The notes below the pieces were generated by a model. It searched no databases and was not told the origin of the DNA. It saw only the letters and a program-made list of their open reading frames with translations. Both the position numbers and the translations under genes were made by a program. This document shows, piece by piece, positions 7,301-14,909 of a DNA stretch of 40,196 nt (position 1 is its first letter; the number at the start of each line of letters is the position of its first letter). The stretch is from a bacterium (GTDB taxonomy: Bacteria > Patescibacteriota > Patescibacteriia > Magasanikbacterales > GWA2-37-8): the NCBI GenBank assembly GCA_021812425.1, contig JAKANM010000002.1:1-40196 (forward strand), read 5' to 3'.

Positions 7301-7380
7301 TATATGAGCTTTGCCACATATAAACTCATTCGCTCGTAAATAAAAATAAATTTTTATTTAACTCACTTATTTCGTTTATG
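7301..7380 (+). repeat. 80-nt leader element, copy B, ending on the rpoA ATG
   Basis: It matches 1765-1844 at 68 of 80 positions without gaps. Hairpin 2 is TAAATAAAAA-TAAA-TTTTTATTTA at 7337-7360. It carries two compensatory pair changes relative to copy A. Confidence 0.75.
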
Positions 7381-8205
7381 GAGAACTATCTGTTACCCTC
7401 CAAGGTGGAATTCGAGGCCAGCGCTCAGCCGCATACCGCTATGGTAGTCATTACCCCGTGTTATCACGGCTATGGCACCACTCTCGGCAATGCTTTGCGC
7501 CGCGTTTTGCTTTCTTCTTTGCCTGGTTCGGCTGTCGAATATTTCAAGGTCAAAGGTGTACAGCATGAATTTAGCACGATCGAAGGCGTCAAAGAAGACG
7601 TTGTCGAGATTATGCTTAACTTGAAACAGCTCGCGGTTAAAATTTTTACCGATGAAATGGTAGTTTTGAACATTTCGAAGAAAGGACCTGGTCCGGTTAC
7701 TGCCGGAGACATCGAGCCAAACAGCAATGTCGAGATTATCAACAAAGATTTAGTAATCTGCAATCTTACCAAAAATCGTACTTTAGACATGGAAATTGCC
7801 GTCGGCCGCGGCCGCGGTTATCGTCCAGTCGAGGAGAAAGATCGCCAACACCAGGATCTGGGGACCGTTCTTACTGATTCGGTTTACACTCCTGTCAAAG
7901 ATGTTGGTTACCATGTTGAGTATACCCGCGTTGGCGACATCACAAACTACGAGAAATTGAATATGCTGATTGAAACGAATGGCACTATTTCTCCGCGCGA
8001 GGCGCTTTCGCAGGCCACACAAATCCTGATGGATCACTTTATGATCGTAGCAAACGGTTCGGCAAGTGGCGCCGAGACGAAGAGCGAGGAAGTCGTATCT
8101 GCGGTAGAAGAAGTTGCTGTTTCTTCGAAGGTTGAAACTGCCAAAGATGAAACAAAGGCTGAAAAACCGAAACGCAAAACAAAAAAGAAGAAGGGAGACG
8201 AATAA
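7378..8205 (+). CDS. rpoA: DNA-directed RNA polymerase alpha subunit: N-terminal domain plus a low-complexity tail, with no recognisable alpha-CTD
   Basis: TLGNALRRVLLSSLPGSAV and GRGRGY are alpha-NTD motifs. After about aa 222 only a 50-aa S/A/E/K-rich tail remains. rplQ starts 10 nt downstream. Confidence 0.9.
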   Translation: MENYLLPSKVEFEASAQPHTAMVVITPCYHGYGTTLGNALRRVLLSSLPGSAVEYFKVKGVQHEFSTIEGVKEDVVEIMLNLKQLAVKIFTDEMVVLNISKKGPGPVTAGDIEPNSNVEIINKDLVICNLTKNRTLDMEIAVGRGRGYRPVEEKDRQHQDLGTVLTDSVYTPVKDVGYHVEYTRVGDITNYEKLNMLIETNGTISPREALSQATQILMDHFMIVANGSASGAETKSEEVVSAVEEVAVSSKVETAKDETKAEKPKRKTKKKKGDE

Positions 8206-8215
8206 TTTTTAAAAT

Positions 8216-8566
8216 ATGCGACATCAAAAAAGAAAAGTTACACTTGACCGCAAGACCGGACCACGCCGAGCGCTTTTGACCGGATTGGCTGAGAGTTTGA
8301 TTTTGTACGAAAAAATGAAGACCACCAAGGCTAAGGCCAAGGCGGCTCGATCATTAGTTGAAAGGATGATTACCAAGGCGAAAGCAAACGATCTCAACTC
8401 CCGCCGTTGGTTGCTTAAGCATCTCCACACCAAAAATGCCGTTAATAAATTACTTGAAAATCTTGGTCCGCGTTATGCCGAACGCAAGGGCGGCTACACC
8501 AGAACGGTAGTTCTGAAGAATCGGGTAGGGGACGGATCTGAGGAAGTACTTATTGAATTAGTTTAA
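8216..8566 (+). CDS. rplQ: 50S ribosomal protein L17
   Basis: MRHQKRKVTLDRKTGPRRALL and GGYTRTVVL, with conserved position after rpoA. Confidence 0.95.
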   Translation: MRHQKRKVTLDRKTGPRRALLTGLAESLILYEKMKTTKAKAKAARSLVERMITKAKANDLNSRRWLLKHLHTKNAVNKLLENLGPRYAERKGGYTRTVVLKNRVGDGSEEVLIELV

Positions 8567-8567
8567 T

Positions 8568-8921
8568 ATGACACGAACAAAACATCATAAACAAGAAATC
8601 GACGCGACTGGTCAGGCTCCTGGACGTCTAGCTACTCAAATTGCCTCTCTTCTCATGGGTAAGCATAAGCCTACTTATGAACTTCATATTGATAAAGGCG
8701 ACAAGGTAGAAGTGTCCAATGTCGATAAGATGGTATTTACCGGCAAAAAAATCGAACAAAAAATTTATCGCCACCACAGTATGCATCCGGGTGGTTTGAA
8801 GGAAATCCCGGTAAAGATGGTGATGAAGGACATGCGCGATATCCTTAGTCTTGCGGTAATGAAAATGTTGCCAAAGAATAAATTACGCGCCGGCCGGATG
8901 AATCGACTCCATTTTAAATAA
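8568..8921 (+). CDS. rplM: 50S ribosomal protein L13 (short, 117 aa)
   Basis: IDATGQAPGRLATQIASLLMGKHKPTY and MLPKNKL are L13 motifs. Both termini are shorter than the E. coli protein. Confidence 0.9.
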   Translation: MTRTKHHKQEIDATGQAPGRLATQIASLLMGKHKPTYELHIDKGDKVEVSNVDKMVFTGKKIEQKIYRHHSMHPGGLKEIPVKMVMKDMRDILSLAVMKMLPKNKLRAGRMNRLHFK

Positions 8922-8931
8922 ACCATTCTGT

Positions 8932-9339
8932 ATGACTAAACTTAACATTAAAGAAAAGCAAAATCGCGCCGTTGGCCGCCGCAAAGAAGCGGTCGCCCGT
9001 GTTCGAGTCGACAAAGGAACTGGCAAGATTGTCGTGAACGGTAAGCCGTTTGAGCAATATTTTTCACATTTTACCATGCAGACGACCGTCCTCGCGCCAC
9101 TCAAGGCGTTGGGCAAGGAAAAGGATCTTGATTTTTCGATCAAGGTTGTCGGTGGCGGCATGAAGGGACAGTCAGTCGCCGTTCAGCACGGTATTGCGCG
9201 CGCGCTTGTGATCTGGAACGATGATTTCAAAAAGACATTGAAGTCACTCGGTCTACTTAGCCGCGATGCTCGCGTCAAGGAACGCAAGAAGTTTGGTTTG
9301 AAGAAAGCTCGTCGCGCACCGCAGTGGTCAAAACGCTAA
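8932..9339 (+). CDS. rpsI: 30S ribosomal protein S9
   Basis: GRRKEAVARV and the C-terminal RDARVKERKKFGLKKARRAPQWSKR. Confidence 0.95.
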   Translation: MTKLNIKEKQNRAVGRRKEAVARVRVDKGTGKIVVNGKPFEQYFSHFTMQTTVLAPLKALGKEKDLDFSIKVVGGGMKGQSVAVQHGIARALVIWNDDFKKTLKSLGLLSRDARVKERKKFGLKKARRAPQWSKR

Positions 9340-9352
9340 AAATACTAAAAAT

Positions 9353-9379
9353 AAACCGCCTAACTCGGGCGGTTTTTTT
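9353..9379 (+). terminator. Rho-independent terminator of the ribosomal-protein operon
   Basis: AAACCGCC (9353-9360) pairs with GGCGGTTT (9368-9375) around a 7-nt loop. A T-tract runs to 9379. Confidence 0.75.
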
Positions 9380-9380
9380 C

Positions 9381-9410
9381 TTGACCGGCTTCAGATAACC
9401 ATGTTAAGGT
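9381..9410 (+). promoter_or_regulatory. Possible promoter: TTGACC, 18 nt, TGtTAAGGT
   Basis: TTGACC at 9381-9386, TG at 9402-9403, TAAGGT at 9405-9410. The -10 hexamer is weak. Confidence 0.3.
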
Positions 9411-9447
9411 CAGTAAGGCGATTCTTTAACAACAAACGAGGTCGGTC

Positions 9448-10128
9448 GTGATAAAGCCAATTTACGTGATTCGAGAAGCGGCAGTTAGTGATAAGCAGAT
9501 GTCGTACGTCGTGAGCGCAATTGAAGCGTTTTTGAAACTCTTGTCGGTTCTTAAGCTGGTACCTGTCATTCAAACCGACGTGATCGTCGAATCCGGGAGG
9601 ATACTGTCACCCTATCTGTCTGAAGCATCGTTTGGCAGTCCGCCAAAAATCATGGTTGACTCCAATCTCCTGGCGAGTCTAATAGAAGATGATTCGTGCA
9701 AACGAGGTTCTCTCTCGGACCCTAAGCCGTATTATGTCGTTGTCGTCAATCGTGATCTTCGCTGGGACAGCAAGGATCCGTCCAGGATCTACGGCCTCGG
9801 CTCTCATGCGCATAGCGCGATCATTACGGTCAGGGATTATTTTTCTAAGACTCGGCTCGCAAACGATACCGAGGAACGCATCAAGAATACGACCATTCAT
9901 GAGTTAGGACACATGTTTGGTTTGATTCCCGGAACTCGAGTGGCTGATGTAATAGTTGGAAAGTATGGAAAACATTGTGCCAACAAATGCATTATGCAGT
10001 CACGTGCTGAGCCGGCCACCGGTCTCGTTGGTATAGAGCTTGATAGCGCGCTCTGTAAGAGTTTCTGCCTACGCTGTTTTGTTCACCTTATAGTTGAGGG
10101 ATGGAAAATCCGATCGGATCATCGCTAA
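9448..10128 (+). CDS. Zinc metalloprotease, archaemetzincin-like (HExxHxxG plus Cys cluster)
   Basis: HELGHMFGL at aa 151-159, then CANKCIM and CKSFCLRC. The start is GTG at 9448, preceded by GAGG with a 6-nt spacer. Confidence 0.5.
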   Translation: MIKPIYVIREAAVSDKQMSYVVSAIEAFLKLLSVLKLVPVIQTDVIVESGRILSPYLSEASFGSPPKIMVDSNLLASLIEDDSCKRGSLSDPKPYYVVVVNRDLRWDSKDPSRIYGLGSHAHSAIITVRDYFSKTRLANDTEERIKNTTIHELGHMFGLIPGTRVADVIVGKYGKHCANKCIMQSRAEPATGLVGIELDSALCKSFCLRCFVHLIVEGWKIRSDHR

Positions 10129-10173
10129 TGATCCGAAGACCACGTCCGAGAGGTCTCTAGGTGGTGCTCGCGC

Positions 10174-10249
10174 TAAAAACAGGCGTTCATCACTTTTGTT
10201 TCTCATCCGCCAGCTAGTGGATTGGAAGCAGGAGTGACGCCTGTTTTTT
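10174..10249. terminator. Large symmetric hairpin flanked by an A-tract and a T-tract (bidirectional-type terminator)
   Basis: ACAGGCGT (10179-10186) pairs with ACGCCTGT (10237-10244). The stem extends with one bulge and encloses an inner hairpin ATCCGCC...GTGGAT. AAAAA lies 5' and TTTTTT lies 3'. Confidence 0.5.
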
Positions 10250-10254
10250 AATCC

Positions 10255-10283
10255 TTGTCATTTAACACTAAGCGGGGTAAAAT
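10255..10283 (+). promoter_or_regulatory. Promoter: TTGTCA, 17 nt, TAAAAT, ending 7 nt before the ATG at 10291
   Basis: TTGTCA at 10255-10260 and TAAAAT at 10278-10283. The track's TTG start at 10255 is this -35 box. Confidence 0.5.
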
Positions 10284-10290
10284 TAGCATT

Positions 10291-11733
10291 ATGTCATATT
10301 CAGTCGCTCAAAATACTTCCTTTCTGACCATTGCCTCAATCATGCAAAAGATTGTTTCTTTTGTCTATTTTACAATCGTGGCCAGGATTATCGGCGTCGG
10401 CAATACTGGCAGTTATTTTTTTGCCATTACCTTTACGACGATATTTACGGTCGTTGCCGATTTCGGGATGGGGCCGATACTGACGCGCGAAGCCGCTAAG
10501 TTTTCAAATCGCGTGAATGATTATATGAACACGGTCCTAGCCTCCAAAATTTTGTTTGGGATAATCGCATATTTTTTGGTAGTTTTTTTTGTCGTGATAT
10601 TAAAGTATCCTCTTGATCTTCGCAATCTGATTTTGCTCTCCGGCGTGACGATGTTTTTTGACAATCTGCAGTCGAATTTTTTCAGTATTTTCCGCGCGCA
10701 AAAAGATTTGGTTTACGAATCAGTCGCCATCGTTATTTCTCAGATCTTGACAATGATAATCGGCACGACCGCTCTGTTATTTCACGGATCATTGATCTGG
10801 CTGATCGCCGCCTATACTATCCCAAGTGCCATTATTGTCTTATACGGCGCTTTTTTTGTAAAACGGGTTTATCATTTCAGAATTCGCCCAATGGTTGATC
10901 GGGAAATTTTCAAACAGTTTTTATTATTGGCGTTGCCTTTCGCCTTGGCTGGTTTGTTGGGGAGACTATATTCGTATAGCGATTCGCTTATCATGTCGAA
11001 GCTACTGACGCCGCAGGATCTTGGATGGTGGAGCGTTCCATATAAGGTTACTTTTGCGTTTCAATTTATTCCGGCGGCGCTTTCAGCGAGCGTTTATCCG
11101 GCGATGAGCAGCTTTACTGTCACTGACCCCGGCAAGATCGGAGAGTTGTTTGTTCGAGCCTGGAAATATTTATTTATTATTATTTTTCCCCTGTCGCTCG
11201 GACTCATAGCTGTCGCTCGTCCGGTGATTGTCCGTCTTTATGGGGTGCAGTATCTGCCGTCGGTGCCAGTTTTTAGAATTTTGTTGGTAAGTTTGTTTTT
11301 CAGCTATTTAACTATCATCTCCGGCTCGCTGTTGAATGCTACCAATCATCAAAAAATTCAGACCGGTCTAATCGCGATTGTTTTGGTGGTAAATGTAATT
11401 CTGAATTTAATTTTAATTCCTAAATTTGGCATTATCGGCGCGGCGTATGTCGCGCTTTTTAGTAACATTTTGCTGTGGTTGCTTGGTCTAATGTTCATCC
11501 GCCGAGTGATTGTCTTGCCAGGCCAAAAACTTTTACGCAACGCCGCGCATATTTTATCTCTTGCCATCGTCATGTCGGTATTGGTATATTTACTTACACT
11601 GCATTTTAGTATTATTTTAACGATTCCGATTGGTGCAGCGGTATACGGGGCATTGCTGTTTCTAACGGGTGCAATTGATCCTGCGCTTTTGAAAAATTAT
11701 CTGCAAAGGCTTAACTTTAAAAAAATTGTATGA
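10291..11733 (+). CDS. Polysaccharide or oligosaccharide flippase (Wzx/MOP superfamily)
   Basis: About 480 aa with 12 or more hydrophobic segments and a Wzx-like N-terminus. It lies directly upstream of glycosyltransferases. I chose the ATG at 10291 over the TTG at 10255. Confidence 0.7.
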   Translation: MSYSVAQNTSFLTIASIMQKIVSFVYFTIVARIIGVGNTGSYFFAITFTTIFTVVADFGMGPILTREAAKFSNRVNDYMNTVLASKILFGIIAYFLVVFFVVILKYPLDLRNLILLSGVTMFFDNLQSNFFSIFRAQKDLVYESVAIVISQILTMIIGTTALLFHGSLIWLIAAYTIPSAIIVLYGAFFVKRVYHFRIRPMVDREIFKQFLLLALPFALAGLLGRLYSYSDSLIMSKLLTPQDLGWWSVPYKVTFAFQFIPAALSASVYPAMSSFTVTDPGKIGELFVRAWKYLFIIIFPLSLGLIAVARPVIVRLYGVQYLPSVPVFRILLVSLFFSYLTIISGSLLNATNHQKIQTGLIAIVLVVNVILNLILIPKFGIIGAAYVALFSNILLWLLGLMFIRRVIVLPGQKLLRNAAHILSLAIVMSVLVYLLTLHFSIILTIPIGAAVYGALLFLTGAIDPALLKNYLQRLNFKKIV

Positions 11734-12845
11734 AGAAACTTATAGTGACGCTGGAGTACCCTCCTCAGGTAGGCGGTATTTCTTCATACGTTCACAATTT
11801 TCTTCTGCACACAAAACCCGATGAGTATGTCCTGTACGCTCCGGAAATGCCGGGAGCAAAAGAGTTTGATTCGAAATTTTCCTGGAAAACATATCGATAT
11901 AATCCGTATTTTCCTTTTTGGCCGCATTGGCTTAGGATGTTTTTTCAAATTTTGAGCATAATGAGGAAGGAGAAAATTTTTGTAATCCATATTCACCAAG
12001 TGTTACCTTGTGGGTATCTCGCCTGGATGATACTGAAAATTAAAAAAATACCTTACGTAATTTTTTTGCACGGATCTGATGTCGCGATTGGCACTAGAAA
12101 CAATTGGAAAAAGGCCTTATTTTCCTTTGTTTTGCGTCACGCTCGCAAGGTGGTCGTTAACAGCCGTTTCCTCGAAAATAAAGTTAAACAAAAAATTGAC
12201 AAACCTGTTCCACTCACAGTTTTCTATCCGTGTCCGAGTGATAGGTTTCTACAAAAAATCCCTGATGAACAGCTTGTCGCGCTAAAAAAACAGCTGGCCT
12301 TGCAGGGTAAAAAGGTTGTGCTGACCGTCAGCCGCATGGTGGACGGCAAGGGCTACCCGCACATTATCAGGCTTCTTAGCGATGTTTGCCGCGAAATACC
12401 AAATATCGTGTGGCTTTTTATTGGCGACGGCCCCAAAAAGCAAACTATTGTCGATCTGGTACAGCGAAATTATTTGCAGAATGTCGTCCGTTTTCTTGGC
12501 GCTATGCCGAACGATGAACTTCCGAAATATTATCAGCTTGCCGATCTGTTTGTGCTTCTTAGCCACCAGGATGAGGAAGCCGAGGAGAGTTGGGGAAGTG
12601 TTTTTCTCGAAGCGTCGGCCAGCGGCGTTCCAATAATCGCCGGACGCGTCGGCGGAGTGGAGGAGGCGGTAGAAAATATGCGGACGGGAATTGTGGTTGA
12701 TGTCTATCAGAGTAAGGCAGTGGTAAGTTCTATTGCGTCTTTGCTCAGTAACGAAAAATTTGCGGCTGAACTTGGCCGTAACGGCAGGGAGCGGGTGCAG
12801 AAAGAATTTCGCTGGGAGACGCAGATTTCCAAACTTGAAATTTAA
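11730..12845 (+). CDS. Glycosyltransferase family 4 (GT-B, group 1)
   Basis: The C-terminal E-x7-E region reads EESWGSVFLEASASGVPIIAGRVGGVEEAV. There is a 4-nt overlap with the flippase stop. Confidence 0.8.
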   Translation: MKKLIVTLEYPPQVGGISSYVHNFLLHTKPDEYVLYAPEMPGAKEFDSKFSWKTYRYNPYFPFWPHWLRMFFQILSIMRKEKIFVIHIHQVLPCGYLAWMILKIKKIPYVIFLHGSDVAIGTRNNWKKALFSFVLRHARKVVVNSRFLENKVKQKIDKPVPLTVFYPCPSDRFLQKIPDEQLVALKKQLALQGKKVVLTVSRMVDGKGYPHIIRLLSDVCREIPNIVWLFIGDGPKKQTIVDLVQRNYLQNVVRFLGAMPNDELPKYYQLADLFVLLSHQDEEAEESWGSVFLEASASGVPIIAGRVGGVEEAVENMRTGIVVDVYQSKAVVSSIASLLSNEKFAAELGRNGRERVQKEFRWETQISKLEI

Positions 12846-12854
12846 AAAACTCCG

Positions 12855-13625
12855 ATGAAACCATTGATTAGTGTTATTATCCCGGTTTATAATCACGCTC
12901 ATTCTCTTGAGCGATCGTTGTTTTCTCTTTATAAACAAACATACCGTCCAATCGAGATTGTGATTGTTGACGATGGCAGTACTGACAATTTTCGGGGGAC
13001 GATGGATAAAATTTTGAAAAAAGATTGGACACAAAATTTGTCCATTAAAATTTTCCAGCAAGAAAATCGGGGAGCAGCCGCCGCGCGCAATCGCGGTTTG
13101 TCGGAGGTTGGCGGCGATTACATTATTTTTTGGGACGCGGATACGATCGGAATGGAACAGATGTTTGAGAAAATGCTGACGGCTTTGGAATCGAATCCAA
13201 CAGCCAACTACGCCTATTCACAATACAAGTTTGGTTGGAAGAAAATGAAGAGCCGGCCGTTTGATGCCGCCAGTTTGAAAGAAAATAATTATATTGATAC
13301 GACTACCCTGATAAGGCGAACGGCTGCCCTCCCGTTTGATGAAAATATTAAACGTCTTCAGGATTGGGATCTGTGGCTTACTATGCTGGAAAAGAAGCAG
13401 ACGGGCATTTTTGTTCCGGAAGTTTTGTTTAGGAAGATTGTTTGCGGTCGAAATGGGATCAGCAACTGGCTGCCGAGTTTTTTTTATCGACTTCCATGGA
13501 AAACTAGAGCGGTTCGGGAGTATGAGGCGGCTCGGCAGGTAATTCTGAATAAGCATTCGCGTCAAGGGCAAGGAGTGGCGTCAAGAGAACAAGACCGAAG
13601 ACATGAAACAGAGCCGGTGAAGTAA
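12855..13625 (+). CDS. Glycosyltransferase family 2
   Basis: ISVIIPVYNHAHSLERSL, VDDGSTD and the DxD motif in FWDADT. The 3' end overlaps the convergent gene by 122 nt. Confidence 0.8.
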   Translation: MKPLISVIIPVYNHAHSLERSLFSLYKQTYRPIEIVIVDDGSTDNFRGTMDKILKKDWTQNLSIKIFQQENRGAAAARNRGLSEVGGDYIIFWDADTIGMEQMFEKMLTALESNPTANYAYSQYKFGWKKMKSRPFDAASLKENNYIDTTTLIRRTAALPFDENIKRLQDWDLWLTMLEKKQTGIFVPEVLFRKIVCGRNGISNWLPSFFYRLPWKTRAVREYEAARQVILNKHSRQGQGVASREQDRRHETEPVK

Positions 13626-14907
13626 TGTTAATTATGAGAAGTGAAATAAAGCCGGCACGCTGAGAAGCGGGCAATTTTTTTAATTTTAGGGCGACATTAT
13701 AAAGAAAAACCAACCAGACACTGAATCCGATTATGCCTAGTTCCACAAGAATTTCCAAATACCCCCAGTCGTAGCTAGTCGTAGTGATAATTTTCTTTTC
13801 GACCGGGCTGAAGACGGAAACAGTGGAACCGAGGCCTCTGCCAAAAAAAGGATGTTCGGCAATCTGATTGAATATTTTTGGTAATAAGAGCATGCGGCTG
13901 AGTGAACTTTCTTCCAGGTTTGGGGTTACTATGCTTTGAATTCGGAGGCCAAAGACTTCCAGGCCAAAGCTTTTGCCTCTACTCGAAATCAGAAAAAGAG
14001 TCGAAAAAATAATCAGAAATATTGTTACTGAGCCTGTTAAAATACATAGCCAGCGTTTCCAATTTTTGCGGGTAAATAATATCAGTGTCCCGATTACGAA
14101 CGCGATTAGGTAAATACGAGTCAGGTTGAGAGCTAAAAAGAAAAGCAACAAAATTATATAAAAATATTTTTCTTTTTTATGAATTGCAGTGTAGATAAAG
14201 TAAAGCAGAACGGGGATGAGCAGTAATTGTTCGTTGAGTACGATGCGATAGAAATTAAATTCAATCAGAGTGATTTTCCCGTTCGCAATGTCTCTAAACC
14301 AGTGATAAAACGCATCCTGGAGCTGTAAATAGCCGCCGGTGAAGCCAATATAGGTGAATAGGAGAAATATGGCTTGTCCCAGAATGGCGGCCTGTAATGC
14401 CAAATAACAGAACTTTCGCCAAGCCGAATTTCTAAGCAAATCACGCAGTGGAAAATAATAAAGTAAGAACAGATAGGGGGCAGCGTCAGAAATAACGATC
14501 GAACGGGGGTTAGAAAAATACAAACCTCGCAAAAGTCCCAGCGTGGCGATAATTAACATTTCGAAAATAATTAATTTATCTTTATCAATCTGACGAATGC
14601 TTTTGATATTTTGCAAAAAATAGATTGCTAGACTGGTAAGGAGCAGGAGCGACCGCAGTGTGACGCCCGAAATTTGCAGGAAGCTACCGGACCCATCCAG
14701 AATCATTTCTCCGGCAATTATATACCAACCGAAAATATTTTTTTTGACCAGCAAAAACATGGTAACGAGGAGGACTAATATTGCGACCGAGGTATTTAAA
14801 AAATGCGAATTTTGGTTTAGCGGAGTAGTGGGTTGGAAATAAAACGAAAAAATTCTAATTCCAAGATAAATGAGAAGAAGGAAAGTCGCGCTAAATTTCT
14901 TCGACAT
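13504..14907 (-). CDS. O-antigen ligase/polymerase family (Wzy_C-like) membrane protein
   Basis: 467 aa and polytopic, next to the flippase and glycosyltransferase genes. It has a large loop and TM pattern typical of the family. Confidence 0.6.
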   Translation of the reverse strand: MSKKFSATFLLLIYLGIRIFSFYFQPTTPLNQNSHFLNTSVAILVLLVTMFLLVKKNIFGWYIIAGEMILDGSGSFLQISGVTLRSLLLLTSLAIYFLQNIKSIRQIDKDKLIIFEMLIIATLGLLRGLYFSNPRSIVISDAAPYLFLLYYFPLRDLLRNSAWRKFCYLALQAAILGQAIFLLFTYIGFTGGYLQLQDAFYHWFRDIANGKITLIEFNFYRIVLNEQLLLIPVLLYFIYTAIHKKEKYFYIILLLFFLALNLTRIYLIAFVIGTLILFTRKNWKRWLCILTGSVTIFLIIFSTLFLISSRGKSFGLEVFGLRIQSIVTPNLEESSLSRMLLLPKIFNQIAEHPFFGRGLGSTVSVFSPVEKKIITTTSYDWGYLEILVELGIIGFSVWLVFLYNVALKLKKLPASQRAGFISLLIINITSPALFHVFGLVLLTPLLALDANAYSELPAEPPHTPEPL

Positions 14908-14909
14908 AT

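Noticed and set aside
10255-10290. A TTG start at 10255 for the flippase.
   Set aside because: The TTG is the first codon of a TTGTCA-17-TAAAAT promoter match. The ATG at 10291 gives a normal Wzx-like N-terminus.
12282-13061. A 259-aa ORF on the minus strand spanning the GT4/GT2 junction.
   Set aside because: It is entirely antisense to two well-supported glycosyltransferase genes. The translation is low-complexity, with no motifs or TM pattern, and looks like a shadow ORF.
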